Origin: Bacteroidales bacterium
Lineage (GTDB): Bacteria > Bacteroidota > Bacteroidia > Bacteroidales > P3
Reading direction: 5' to 3'
Assembly (NCBI GenBank): GCA_017550405.1
Contig: JAFZPH010000019.1
Location: 35,075 to 99,074, forward strand
Length of the DNA: 64,000 nucleotides
In this document: piece by piece, positions 26,602 through 34,544 of the stretch
How the letters are laid out: the number at the start of each line of letters is the position of its first letter
Numbering within the stretch: position 1 is the stretch's first letter
The notes under the pieces: model-generated
What the model was told of the DNA's origin: nothing
Database searches by the model: none
What the model saw: only the letters and a program-made list of their open reading frames with translations
Made by a program: the position numbers and the translations under genes

Positions 26602-27315
26602 TCAATAGTCTATTTCATCAAGTATTTCTTCTATCACGGCACGACGGCCACGACGACCGGCATAGCGGAGCATGCGGCTGATATTGACGGCATAGGACGA
26701 GCAGGCGTTCTCAAAGATGCGGAGCATCTCTATATTTTGGAACGGAAACATTTTGTCCAAGGCGAGATCCACCAGTATCTTCTCTATCGAAGCCATCGGT
26801 ATGTCTTCCACTGTGATTACAGGGGCGGCTGTAATCAGGTTGCGCACAACAATGCAACCGTCATAATATGCGAGTTCCTCGTTGAGGTTGTTGCTGAGGA
26901 CGGTTTTAGGGTATTTGTCGCGAATAGCATAATAAACTGCCTCTCGTGCATAGCGCTCGACATCGACAAAAAACAACTCGGTATTGAGGAGATGATGGAC
27001 AAATGCATTGACCGCAGAGAAATTCCATTGGCAGTAATCTGCGAACGGAAACTGCTTGCGCATAATACGGGCTATATCCATTGTTTTACGGAAGATGTCG
27101 GGAAAGAAAATCTTTTCTTCCCCAAAACGATAACGACCGTGGCCGATTCTATGCAGGATTCCTTTGTCTATTAATGAATGAATACGCCATTTGACGGTTG
27201 AAAACGGGATGTCTGGAGAAAAACTGCAGTAGAAATCATCAATATCTCTTATTGTGATTTCTGTTTTGTTTCCCAGTGCATTACGCATCTCCTCTATATG
27301 TAAATTATCATACAT
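26602..27315 (-). CDS. abiEi: AbiEi-family antitoxin / transcriptional regulator (wHTH)
   Basis: WRIHSLIDKGILHRIGHGRYRF winged-helix signature. I chose the ATG at 27315 because the longer ORF runs into the repeat array. Confidence 0.7.
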   Translation of the reverse strand: MYDNLHIEEMRNALGNKTEITIRDIDDFYCSFSPDIPFSTVKWRIHSLIDKGILHRIGHGRYRFGEEKIFFPDIFRKTMDIARIMRKQFPFADYCQWNFSAVNAFVHHLLNTELFFVDVERYAREAVYYAIRDKYPKTVLSNNLNEELAYYDGCIVVRNLITAAPVITVEDIPMASIEKILVDLALDKMFPFQNIEMLRIFENACSSYAVNISRMLRYAGRRGRRAVIEEILDEIDY

Positions 27316-27335
27316 TATCGTTATATTTGACGATG

Positions 27336-27343
27336 CAAAGATA
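27336..27343 (-). promoter_or_regulatory. -7 box for the abiEi-abiEii operon
   Basis: The minus strand reads TATCTTTG, 21 nt upstream of the ATG at 27315. Confidence 0.55.
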
Positions 27344-27400
27344 CGCAAATTTTTGTCAATAGAAAGAAAAAAATGACAAAAGTTTGAAAAATGTATGTGG

Positions 27401-27625
27401 GGTCTTAACGAGGGTTTATGGACCAATACAAAGTGAAAAGTGAAAAATGAAAAGAGTGTTCGCCAAGGGACCATTACAAATTGAAAAGTGAAAATTGAAA
27501 AGTGAAAAGGGTGTTCGCCGAGGGAGCAATACAAATTGAGAAGTGAAAAATGGGGTTACCGAGAGACCAATACAAAGAGAAAAGTGAAAATTGAAAACTG
27601 AAAAGAGTGTTCGCCGAGAGGACGA
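27401..27625. repeat. Cassette-boundary repeat array R2 (4 units, period ~42-55 bp)
   Basis: Cores sit at 27456, 27511, 27552 and 27607 (GTGTTCGCC[A/G]AGGGA...) and alternate with GAAAAGTGAAAATTGAAAAGTGAAAAG words. Confidence 0.85.
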
Positions 27626-27657
27626 AGAACCATCGAAGCCCCCACGACATCGGAAAA

Positions 27658-28089
27658 TCACCGTTCTAAGCGGCATGATTCTCCTGTTCGACAAAACTTT
27701 ATGGTTATATCCCTGCTCTTAAAACTCTTTTCAATGGCTTGACGCTTGGTGTCGTTCTTGGGACAAGTGTTTGAGAATACAGCAAAAGCCATTCTTTTTG
27801 CTCCACTGAGACGAGGTGGCAATCTGTCTATGGTGTCTTTCAGCTGCTCAACTGCCTTGATCGAATCGCCACCTTTCAATTCGACGAAATATTGGTCAGC
27901 ATATTCTTCGCTTTCTAACAGGTTATCGCATTTGGAACCATCAGCTGCTGTAAAGACACAACCATCCACTTGAATGGCACGATAGGTGTTTCGTGCAGGA
28001 TTCTCAAACGTTATCCTTGATTTATTTTCGGAGAAGACAATGAGGGAATCAGACCTCGTTTCGACACAATGTGCTGGAATAATATTCAT
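27658..28089 (-). CDS. Small PD-(D/E)xK-like putative nuclease, partner of the upstream ATPase
   Basis: 143 aa. ...CVETRSD...KCDNLLESEEYADQYFVELKGG gives E...D-x14-E-x-K. Its start overlaps the ATPase stop by 4 nt (ATGA). Confidence 0.6.
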   Translation of the reverse strand: MNIIPAHCVETRSDSLIVFSENKSRITFENPARNTYRAIQVDGCVFTAADGSKCDNLLESEEYADQYFVELKGGDSIKAVEQLKDTIDRLPPRLSGAKRMAFAVFSNTCPKNDTKRQAIEKSFKSRDITIKFCRTGESCRLER

Positions 28090-29348
28090 GACTCAAGCAG
28101 TTTGGAGAAGTCGGAGGATATAGTATCGGATGCCGCATCTAAATCGGTTTGGGCGATAAGGCGTAGGTCGTAGTCTTTTATGTCTTTGACTGTCCCATTG
28201 TCAACAGCATAGACATTGATGTCTTCGAATTGGATTGCAGCAGATTTACCAACAACAGTTTCCACCACATTGGAATCTTTGTTATCAGCCGCTTGGATAA
28301 GGTTGTTGAATGAGGATAGGATATAAGGACTATGTGTGGCAATGCATAGGCTGTTATCTTGAGTGGTGTTTATTTGCTTGGCCATCCATTTTACCAATTC
28401 ATACTGGGTTGATGGGAAAAGGTTTTCCTCCGGCTCTTCAAGATAAATTGATGCATACTGGGTTAGCGAGAACTTATCTACTATTTCACTAAACAAAACC
28501 TCATCGTGGTGGGATGAAAAAAACTTGACAAAAGGTTCTGAAACAGTTTTTGCAATGTCATCGTCCTTTTCATCAATATTAGGGCCATTCGAGTGAGTGA
28601 ATTTCTCCTTATATAACGTGTCTTGCAGATTGTTTAGTTCGCGTTTTTGTGCCACACTGAGCTGGCGAGGACGGTGGAGTTCATAAAAGGTCAGATAATT
28701 TATCAAGCCACATAGAGGAACGACTGATTGAAGTCCACTAGATGCATTTAGAAATGCGATCTCTTTACCTTTATCAATTAATATTCTTTCTCTGTACTGC
28801 TCCTTTTCGTAATAATACGATAGTCCGAGATTCAGTATGTCGAGCCTGCTTTGTGGTGGGAAGGTACTACGAGCATTCTCCCAATCAGACATGTACCCCT
28901 GAATGTTATTGTCGATACTGAAAGAAATGTCAAACCAATTAGGAATGACAGCCACAATATTACGTTCGGCGGGGATATATGCTATCTGGGGACGACTGTA
29001 TTGCCAGCGGTCACGAGGTTTCCATTTAAAACTGAACTGAATCTTTTCTGGGGATCCGGAAATGGAAAAGGCCATATATGAGGATTCATATTTAATCAGA
29101 AATCCTTTTTTAATGAAGCCATTCAATCGATGATAATCAACAAGTTGTTTCCAAAACTCAAACTCATTTAAATAGTTATCTGGCTCCTGACTCAACTCAA
29201 TACGCTTCTCAACCCATTTGCAATAGGATGCAATTTTAAGGATACAACTTTTTCCAGAACTCTGTGGGCCAATAAAAAGGTTGTATTTGGCAAGATTAAC
29301 AGTTGCACTTTTTAAAGGCCCTATATTTTTGATTATTAACTTGTTCAT
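28086..29348 (-). CDS. ABC/SMC-like AAA ATPase (AAA_15/AAA_21-like)
   Basis: Walker A GPQSSGKS, signature-like ASSGLQS, Walker B IYLEEPEENLFP and H-loop IATHSPYIL. Confidence 0.75.
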   Translation of the reverse strand: MNKLIIKNIGPLKSATVNLAKYNLFIGPQSSGKSCILKIASYCKWVEKRIELSQEPDNYLNEFEFWKQLVDYHRLNGFIKKGFLIKYESSYMAFSISGSPEKIQFSFKWKPRDRWQYSRPQIAYIPAERNIVAVIPNWFDISFSIDNNIQGYMSDWENARSTFPPQSRLDILNLGLSYYYEKEQYRERILIDKGKEIAFLNASSGLQSVVPLCGLINYLTFYELHRPRQLSVAQKRELNNLQDTLYKEKFTHSNGPNIDEKDDDIAKTVSEPFVKFFSSHHDEVLFSEIVDKFSLTQYASIYLEEPEENLFPSTQYELVKWMAKQINTTQDNSLCIATHSPYILSSFNNLIQAADNKDSNVVETVVGKSAAIQFEDINVYAVDNGTVKDIKDYDLRLIAQTDLDAASDTISSDFSKLLES

Positions 29349-29374
29349 GTATAATCAGCATGTTTTTTACTTTG

Positions 29375-29382
29375 CAAAAATA
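29375..29382 (-). promoter_or_regulatory. -7 box for the ATPase-nuclease operon
   Basis: The minus strand reads TATTTTTG, 27 nt upstream of the ATG at 29348. Confidence 0.5.
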
Positions 29383-29450
29383 CAAAAAAATATTGATATT
29401 ATTACTTTCATGATGGAAAAACATCTCAAAGTAGATGAACGAAAGGACAA

Positions 29451-29616
29451 AGTTGAAAAATGAAAAGTGTGTTCGCAGAGGAACAATAAAAATTGAAAAT
29501 TGAAAAGAGAGTCGCCGAGGAAACAAATAAAATTGAAAAGTGAAAATTGAAAATTGAAGAGTGTGTCCGCTGAGGGACAATTATAATTGAAAAGTGAAAA
29601 ATTGAAAAATGAAAAG
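29451..29616. repeat. Cassette-boundary repeat array R3 (3 units)
   Basis: Cores at 29469, 29509 and 29563 are separated by TTGAAAAGTGAAAATTGAAAA words. Orientation is the same as R1 and R2. Confidence 0.85.
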
Positions 29617-29804
29617 GCTCCTTAAATTCCAGTTACAAGTAAGAAGCACAATAATAGTGCTATTATTGCGTTATTTTGATTACAATTAAACATTTATCAT
29701 GAAGTATCATACATGTACTATTTTATTGACGCTTGCTTGTGCAGTTTGTTCAAATGGGTCATGTGGTTGCCACATGACCTAATATTAGCCCCCAACCTAC
29801 CTAT

Positions 29805-30842
29805 ATGAACCCTGTAGCCATCCGTCTGCTAAACCAGCAGCTCTGCTCGCCCCAGTTTTCAACCCCCGAAGAGGTGGTGGCGCACCTCGGTGCCATGCAG
29901 GCACAAGAGTATAGACTGATGCGCTGGGCTGTCGCTATGCGGACAAAGAAACCCTCTTCCGAGGCATTCCAACAGGCTTTCGACAGTGGAAGAATCGTTC
30001 GGCTACACCTGATGCGAGGCACATGGCAACTGGTCGCGGGAGATGATTATTGGTGGTTACTGGACTTACTGGCCGAAAAGAGCCGCCGTGTAATCCGAGG
30101 ATGGATGACATCGAATCACATCTTCATACCCGACGACGAGATTGTTCGCATCAGAGAGATTAATGCCCGATGTGCCGAGGACTGTGGCAGCGCCACCAAG
30201 GAGGACTTTGTCAACGCCCTTGCCGCTCAAGGCATCAAAATGGACGACCACCGACTGTCGTACCACATCCGTATGGCCGAACTCTCAGGTACTTTGTGCA
30301 GTGGAAAACTCCTCCCCATGAAAGCGACTTACAGCCTTGCTGAATCACGCATTCCTCATCGAGAGCACATAGACCGTGAGGAGGCTTTGGCCCGACTGAC
30401 ACGCAAGTATTTCTTAAGCCGATGCCCGGCAACCTTGGAGGACTTTGTATGGTGGTCGGGATTGAGCGTCAGAGACTGCCGAAAAGGGGTCTCCGCCCTC
30501 GGCGACGAGCTATACTCTGTCAAATGGCACAACCGGGAGTTCTTCATCCACCAAGATGCCCGACATCATGGAGTGCGTCATGGAAACCTCTTGCTTCTCC
30601 CTCCGTATGACGAATACCTTATAGGGTATAAGAGTCGCGACATTGTGGTGCCAGAAACCCACCGCCATCATGCCCACAACTCGTCGGGCATCTTCTACCC
30701 TATCATCCTTCGGGACGGGATTGCCTGTGGGAATTGGAAGCCTTTTGAAAAGCAGATGCTCTGTCAGCCGTTTGACCCAGCCGACAACATTGAGGGTCTT
30801 GAAATGGCGTGGAAAAAGTATCAGCGTTATCTTGGTCATTAA
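29805..30842 (+). CDS. Winged-helix DNA glycosylase, YcaQ/AlkZ family (DUF1006)
   Basis: MNPVAIRLLNQQL...PEEVVAHLGAMQAQEYRLMRWAV at the N-terminus. 345 aa, with GC-rich backbone composition. Confidence 0.7.
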   Translation: MNPVAIRLLNQQLCSPQFSTPEEVVAHLGAMQAQEYRLMRWAVAMRTKKPSSEAFQQAFDSGRIVRLHLMRGTWQLVAGDDYWWLLDLLAEKSRRVIRGWMTSNHIFIPDDEIVRIREINARCAEDCGSATKEDFVNALAAQGIKMDDHRLSYHIRMAELSGTLCSGKLLPMKATYSLAESRIPHREHIDREEALARLTRKYFLSRCPATLEDFVWWSGLSVRDCRKGVSALGDELYSVKWHNREFFIHQDARHHGVRHGNLLLLPPYDEYLIGYKSRDIVVPETHRHHAHNSSGIFYPIILRDGIACGNWKPFEKQMLCQPFDPADNIEGLEMAWKKYQRYLGH

Positions 30843-31010
30843 ACCCGAATCGGTCATTAGGCCGACTTTTATATCCTTTCTAGCTTTTTCAGGTCTCTTT
30901 ATGCCATATCAGCATTTCTTTATGCTCAATGACTTTACTTGGTCTCGGCATAGCTTGAACAAGTTCGGCTCTGCTCTCGACTTCCGCAACGTTATTAATG
31001 GTCACACCTC
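30841..31010 (+). repeat. Truncated second copy of the MITE-like element, inverted relative to 13812-14080
   Basis: AAACCCGAATCGGTCATTAGGCCGACTTTT... and GGTCTCTTTATGCCATATCAGCATTTCTTT match the reverse complement of 13990-14080. The second terminal repeat is absent. Confidence 0.65.
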
Positions 31011-31064
31011 TCCGATGTGAATTATCGAAGTCTCCATTTTTTGTGTGGAATGGGGAAAAAGTTG

Positions 31065-31072
31065 TATCTTTG
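31065..31072 (+). promoter_or_regulatory. -7 box for the DUF2200 gene
   Basis: TATCTTTG lies 50 nt upstream of the ATG at 31122. Confidence 0.5.
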
Positions 31073-31121
31073 CATTCAAAAAGGAGCCTTTTGGGGCAAT
31101 ACATTATAATGTCTATTCGCT

Positions 31122-31457
31122 ATGGATGTGTTTGAAATGAAGTTTGCTAAGGTGTTCCCTTTGCTTGTTGCAAAGGCTGAGAGGAAAGGCCGCACGGCTG
31201 ATGAGGTGTATGCCGTGACGGAATGGCTTACAGGCTATACAAAAGAGGACTTGAAGGCTTTGCTGCTGAGCGATTGTACTTACGGGGAGTTTCTGGACAG
31301 GGCTCCCAGGATGAATCCCGACCGCTTTGAGGTGAAGGGTAAGATATGCGGTGTCCGCATCGAGGAGATCGAAGACCCACGCATGCGGGACCTCCGCATC
31401 CTCGACAAACTGGTGGACAACCTGGCCAAAGGAAAACCGGTGAACAGCCTGTTGTAA
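31122..31457 (+). CDS. DUF2200-family protein
   Basis: FAKVFPLLVAKAERKGRTADEVYAVTEWLTGY matches the DUF2200 pattern as I remember it. Confidence 0.7.
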   Translation: MDVFEMKFAKVFPLLVAKAERKGRTADEVYAVTEWLTGYTKEDLKALLLSDCTYGEFLDRAPRMNPDRFEVKGKICGVRIEEIEDPRMRDLRILDKLVDNLAKGKPVNSLL

Positions 31458-31724
31458 TATAAACATGAATTATCATTAATTGTCATGAATTTGTGGTCAT
31501 TACACGGCAATATAAAAATGCGTTGCAATGTGAATTGAAAAGATTAATAATGCGTTAACGTGTTGATGTGTAAGTTGATTTACGAGTTGACGAATTAACA
31601 CATTAACGAATTAATCATTAATTGTCATGAATTTATGGTCATTACACGGTAATTCGTGTTAAAAGATTCAGTTGAAATTATCATGAACGCCCCTTCCGGG
31701 GGGCAATTTATAGAGATTACCATC

Positions 31725-32483
31725 ATGAAGAAGTCAAGATTATGGATGCTTGCCGCCATCCTTTTGATATGCGGCATGACAGCCTCCTCATGCAAGCGGG
31801 CAAAGCAAGTGGTTGCCATTCCCATCGAGGAGGATGTGACCCATTTCACGGCCATTACGGATGTGGTGCCGGATGCCATTCTGGAGATACGCTATTACAG
31901 CACTTACAACTTTGTGGGTGCACGTGTGGACGGTTATAAAGAACCCCTGGCCTTGATGACCAAGGTGGCTGCCGACAGCTTGCGCGCGGTGAGTGACGAC
32001 ATGAAGCAGCAGGGCTACCGTCTGAAGATTTATGATGCCTACCGCCCACAGATGGCCGTGAGCCATTTTGTGCGTTGGGCAGAAGACTTGAACGACTCGG
32101 CCATGAAACCTTACTTCTACCCCGATGTGGATAAGTCGGTGCTGTTCAAGGAGGGCTACATTGCCGAGAAGAGCGGGCACTCGCGCGGCTCGACGGTGGA
32201 CCTGACGCTTGTCGACATGGCCACGGGCAAGGAGGTGGACATGGGCGGTGTGTTCGACTGGTTCGGCATTGAGAGCCACTCGGACTGCGGCGGCAACCCG
32301 GAGACGATGGAGTACAGACCCAACGACACCATCACTGCCACACAGTTCCAGAACCGCATGATGCTCCGTCAGGCCATGATGCGTCACGGCTTCAAACCCA
32401 TCGTCGAGGAGTGGTGGCACTTCACACTGGCTAACGAGCCGTTCCCCGACACTTACTTCACCTTCCCCGTGAAGAGATGGTAG
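31725..32483 (+). CDS. D-alanyl-D-alanine dipeptidase (M15D, VanX/DdpX-like) lipoprotein
   Basis: Lipobox ...CGMTASSC. Motifs YDAYRP, SGHSRGSTVDLTL and EWWHF. Confidence 0.8.
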   Translation: MKKSRLWMLAAILLICGMTASSCKRAKQVVAIPIEEDVTHFTAITDVVPDAILEIRYYSTYNFVGARVDGYKEPLALMTKVAADSLRAVSDDMKQQGYRLKIYDAYRPQMAVSHFVRWAEDLNDSAMKPYFYPDVDKSVLFKEGYIAEKSGHSRGSTVDLTLVDMATGKEVDMGGVFDWFGIESHSDCGGNPETMEYRPNDTITATQFQNRMMLRQAMMRHGFKPIVEEWWHFTLANEPFPDTYFTFPVKRW

Positions 32484-32795
32484 CATGATGAAACCCTGTC
32501 TTCGCGCCCCACAGGCAGGTGCCGTTTCCACCTGATTGTGGGGCTGCTGCATGAGGCGGGTTCTGTAGAAATCGCGCCCCCTCGAGACGCATATTTGAGG
32601 TAATCCCGCTGACCTCGGACTGTACTCTGTTAGTCTGGGGTTATCAGGATTCAACTTCAGAGTGGTGCTTTAGAGGAGTCCTTATGAGTGCTTCAGAGAG
32701 GCAGGCGTGGTGTACCGAGCAAGAAGAAAACATAACCGGGTACACAATAAAACAAGACGCCTGACGTTATATAAAACAAATAATACAGGACGACC

Positions 32796-33116
32796 ATGAT
32801 AGTGACAACTACCCCGACCATTGAAGGTCATCAGATTGTAGAATACCACGGTGTGGTTTTCGGAGAAGTAATAACCGGTATCAATTTTGTAAAGGATTTC
32901 TTTGCAGGCATCCGCAATGTGGTGGGTGGACGCTCGGGATCCTATGAAGAAGAGCTGAGCAATGCTCGCAGCAATGCCTTGAAAGAGATGGAGCAGCGAG
33001 CTATCCGCTTGGGTGCCAATGCTGTGATTGGTGTAGACATTGACTACGAGGTGCTAGGCACGAACAACGGGATGCTGATGGTGTCGGCAACAGGCACGGC
33101 TGTCACTATAAGATAA
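32796..33116 (+). CDS. YbjQ-family (UPF0145) protein
   Basis: [26 protein letters not shown]...[11 protein letters not shown]. 106 aa. Confidence 0.8.
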   Translation: MIVTTTPTIEGHQIVEYHGVVFGEVITGINFVKDFFAGIRNVVGGRSGSYEEELSNARSNALKEMEQRAIRLGANAVIGVDIDYEVLGTNNGMLMVSATGTAVTIR

Positions 33117-33127
33117 TAGATTGATAT

Positions 33128-34498
33128 ATGAATCCAGTTAAGGAATATATTGAACAGAACCAAGACCGATTTGTCGAGGAGCTGTTCTCGTTGATACGCA
33201 TCCCCTCCATCAGCTCCGAGTCGGAGCACAAGGAGGATATGGTGCGTTGCGCCGAGCGTTGGAAGGAGTTGCTGACAGCCTCGGGCGCAGAGCATGCAGC
33301 GTTGATTGAAACCACGGGGAACCCGTTGGTATATGCCGAGAAGATAATCGACCCGTCGAAGAAGACTGTGCTGGTATATGGCCACTACGATGTGATGCCT
33401 GTGACTCCTTTGGAGTTATGGAACACGGAGCCTTTCGAGCCTGTGGTCAAGGACGGCAGGATATGGGCACGCGGTGCCGACGACGACAAGGGGCAGAGCT
33501 TTATGCAGGCCAAGGCTTTTGAGACCATGATGGCTCTCGGCACGTTGCCCTGCAATGTGAAATTCCTGCTGGAGGGCGAAGAGGAGATTGGCTCCCCTGC
33601 CCTGAAGCTGTGGCTCAAAGCGCCGGAGAATAAGGCGAAACTGAAAGCAGACATCATCCTGGTATCCGACACCGACATGGTGAGTGCAGAAGTGCCGAGT
33701 ATCACTACCGGACTGCGCGGCTTGGTGAAGTTTGAGATGCGGGTGACTGGACCCGACCACGACTTGCACAGCGGCGATTTCGGCGGCACGGTGTCCAATC
33801 CGGTGAATGTGCTGAGTTGGATGATAGGTACCGTGTTGGACAAGGATGGACATATCACCATTCCGGGTTTCTACGACGACGTGCTGGTGTGCAGTGCGGA
33901 GGAGCGCGAGTTGATTAACCGCGCCCCATACAGCGACGATGAGTATAAAAAGAGTGTAGGAGTGGATGTGCTGCATGGCGAGAAAGGATACACCACGCTG
34001 GAACGTATCGGCATCCGTCCCACTTTCGATGTGTGTGGGATTCAGGGCGGCTACAGCGGCGAGGGTTTCAAAACCATTATCCCCTCGGTGGCATGGGCAA
34101 AGTTGTCGTTCCGCCTGGTGGCCAACCAAAACCCCGAGCGCATAGCCCGTTTGGTGGAGGAGTATTTCCGCAGCATTGCCCCCGACAGCGTGAAGCTGGA
34201 GTTTGTATATTACGAGAAGGGCATGCCCTACGTCTGCCCTATCGACCTGCCGGCCTACAAGGCTGCTGAAATGGCCTTCGGCGACACTTACGGCATGCAG
34301 CCTATCCCGGCCCACAGCGGCTGCTCCATCAGCATAGTGAGCGACTTTGAACAGGAGCTGGGGCTGAAGAGTATCCTCCTCGGTTTCGGGTTGGGTGCTG
34401 ACAATATCCACGCCCCGAACGAGAACTACCGCTTGGACCGCTTCTTCAAGGGCATTGAAACAGCCGTGGCATTCTTCGAGCATTATGCCGAGGCGTAG
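33128..34498 (+). CDS. M20-family dipeptidase (copy 1)
   Basis: LVYGHYDVMPV..., ARGADDDKGQSFM and LEGEEEIGSP motifs. Confidence 0.85.
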   Translation: MNPVKEYIEQNQDRFVEELFSLIRIPSISSESEHKEDMVRCAERWKELLTASGAEHAALIETTGNPLVYAEKIIDPSKKTVLVYGHYDVMPVTPLELWNTEPFEPVVKDGRIWARGADDDKGQSFMQAKAFETMMALGTLPCNVKFLLEGEEEIGSPALKLWLKAPENKAKLKADIILVSDTDMVSAEVPSITTGLRGLVKFEMRVTGPDHDLHSGDFGGTVSNPVNVLSWMIGTVLDKDGHITIPGFYDDVLVCSAEERELINRAPYSDDEYKKSVGVDVLHGEKGYTTLERIGIRPTFDVCGIQGGYSGEGFKTIIPSVAWAKLSFRLVANQNPERIARLVEEYFRSIAPDSVKLEFVYYEKGMPYVCPIDLPAYKAAEMAFGDTYGMQPIPAHSGCSISIVSDFEQELGLKSILLGFGLGADNIHAPNENYRLDRFFKGIETAVAFFEHYAEA

Positions 34499-34544
34499 TT
34501 AAGAATCAAAGAATAACGATTATTATAAACAAACACTCAATACT

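Noticed and set aside
27401-27625. Possible CRISPR array, given regularly spaced ~28-nt conserved cores that alternate with ~28-nt segments.
   Set aside because: The would-be spacers are themselves near-identical low-complexity (GAAAAGT)n words. The period is irregular (42-55 bp). There are only 1-4 units per array, and no cas genes or leader are present.
25372-29616. A classical integron, with cassettes separated by attC sites.
   Set aside because: I recognise no intI-type integrase in the window, and the repeats lack the imperfect-palindrome R''-L''/L'-R' structure of attC. I keep it only as an analogy in the findings.
13650-31100. A prophage, ICE or transposon as the origin of the island.
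   Set aside because: I recognise no integrase, transposase, relaxase, conjugation or phage structural genes anywhere in the window. Only non-autonomous repeats are present.
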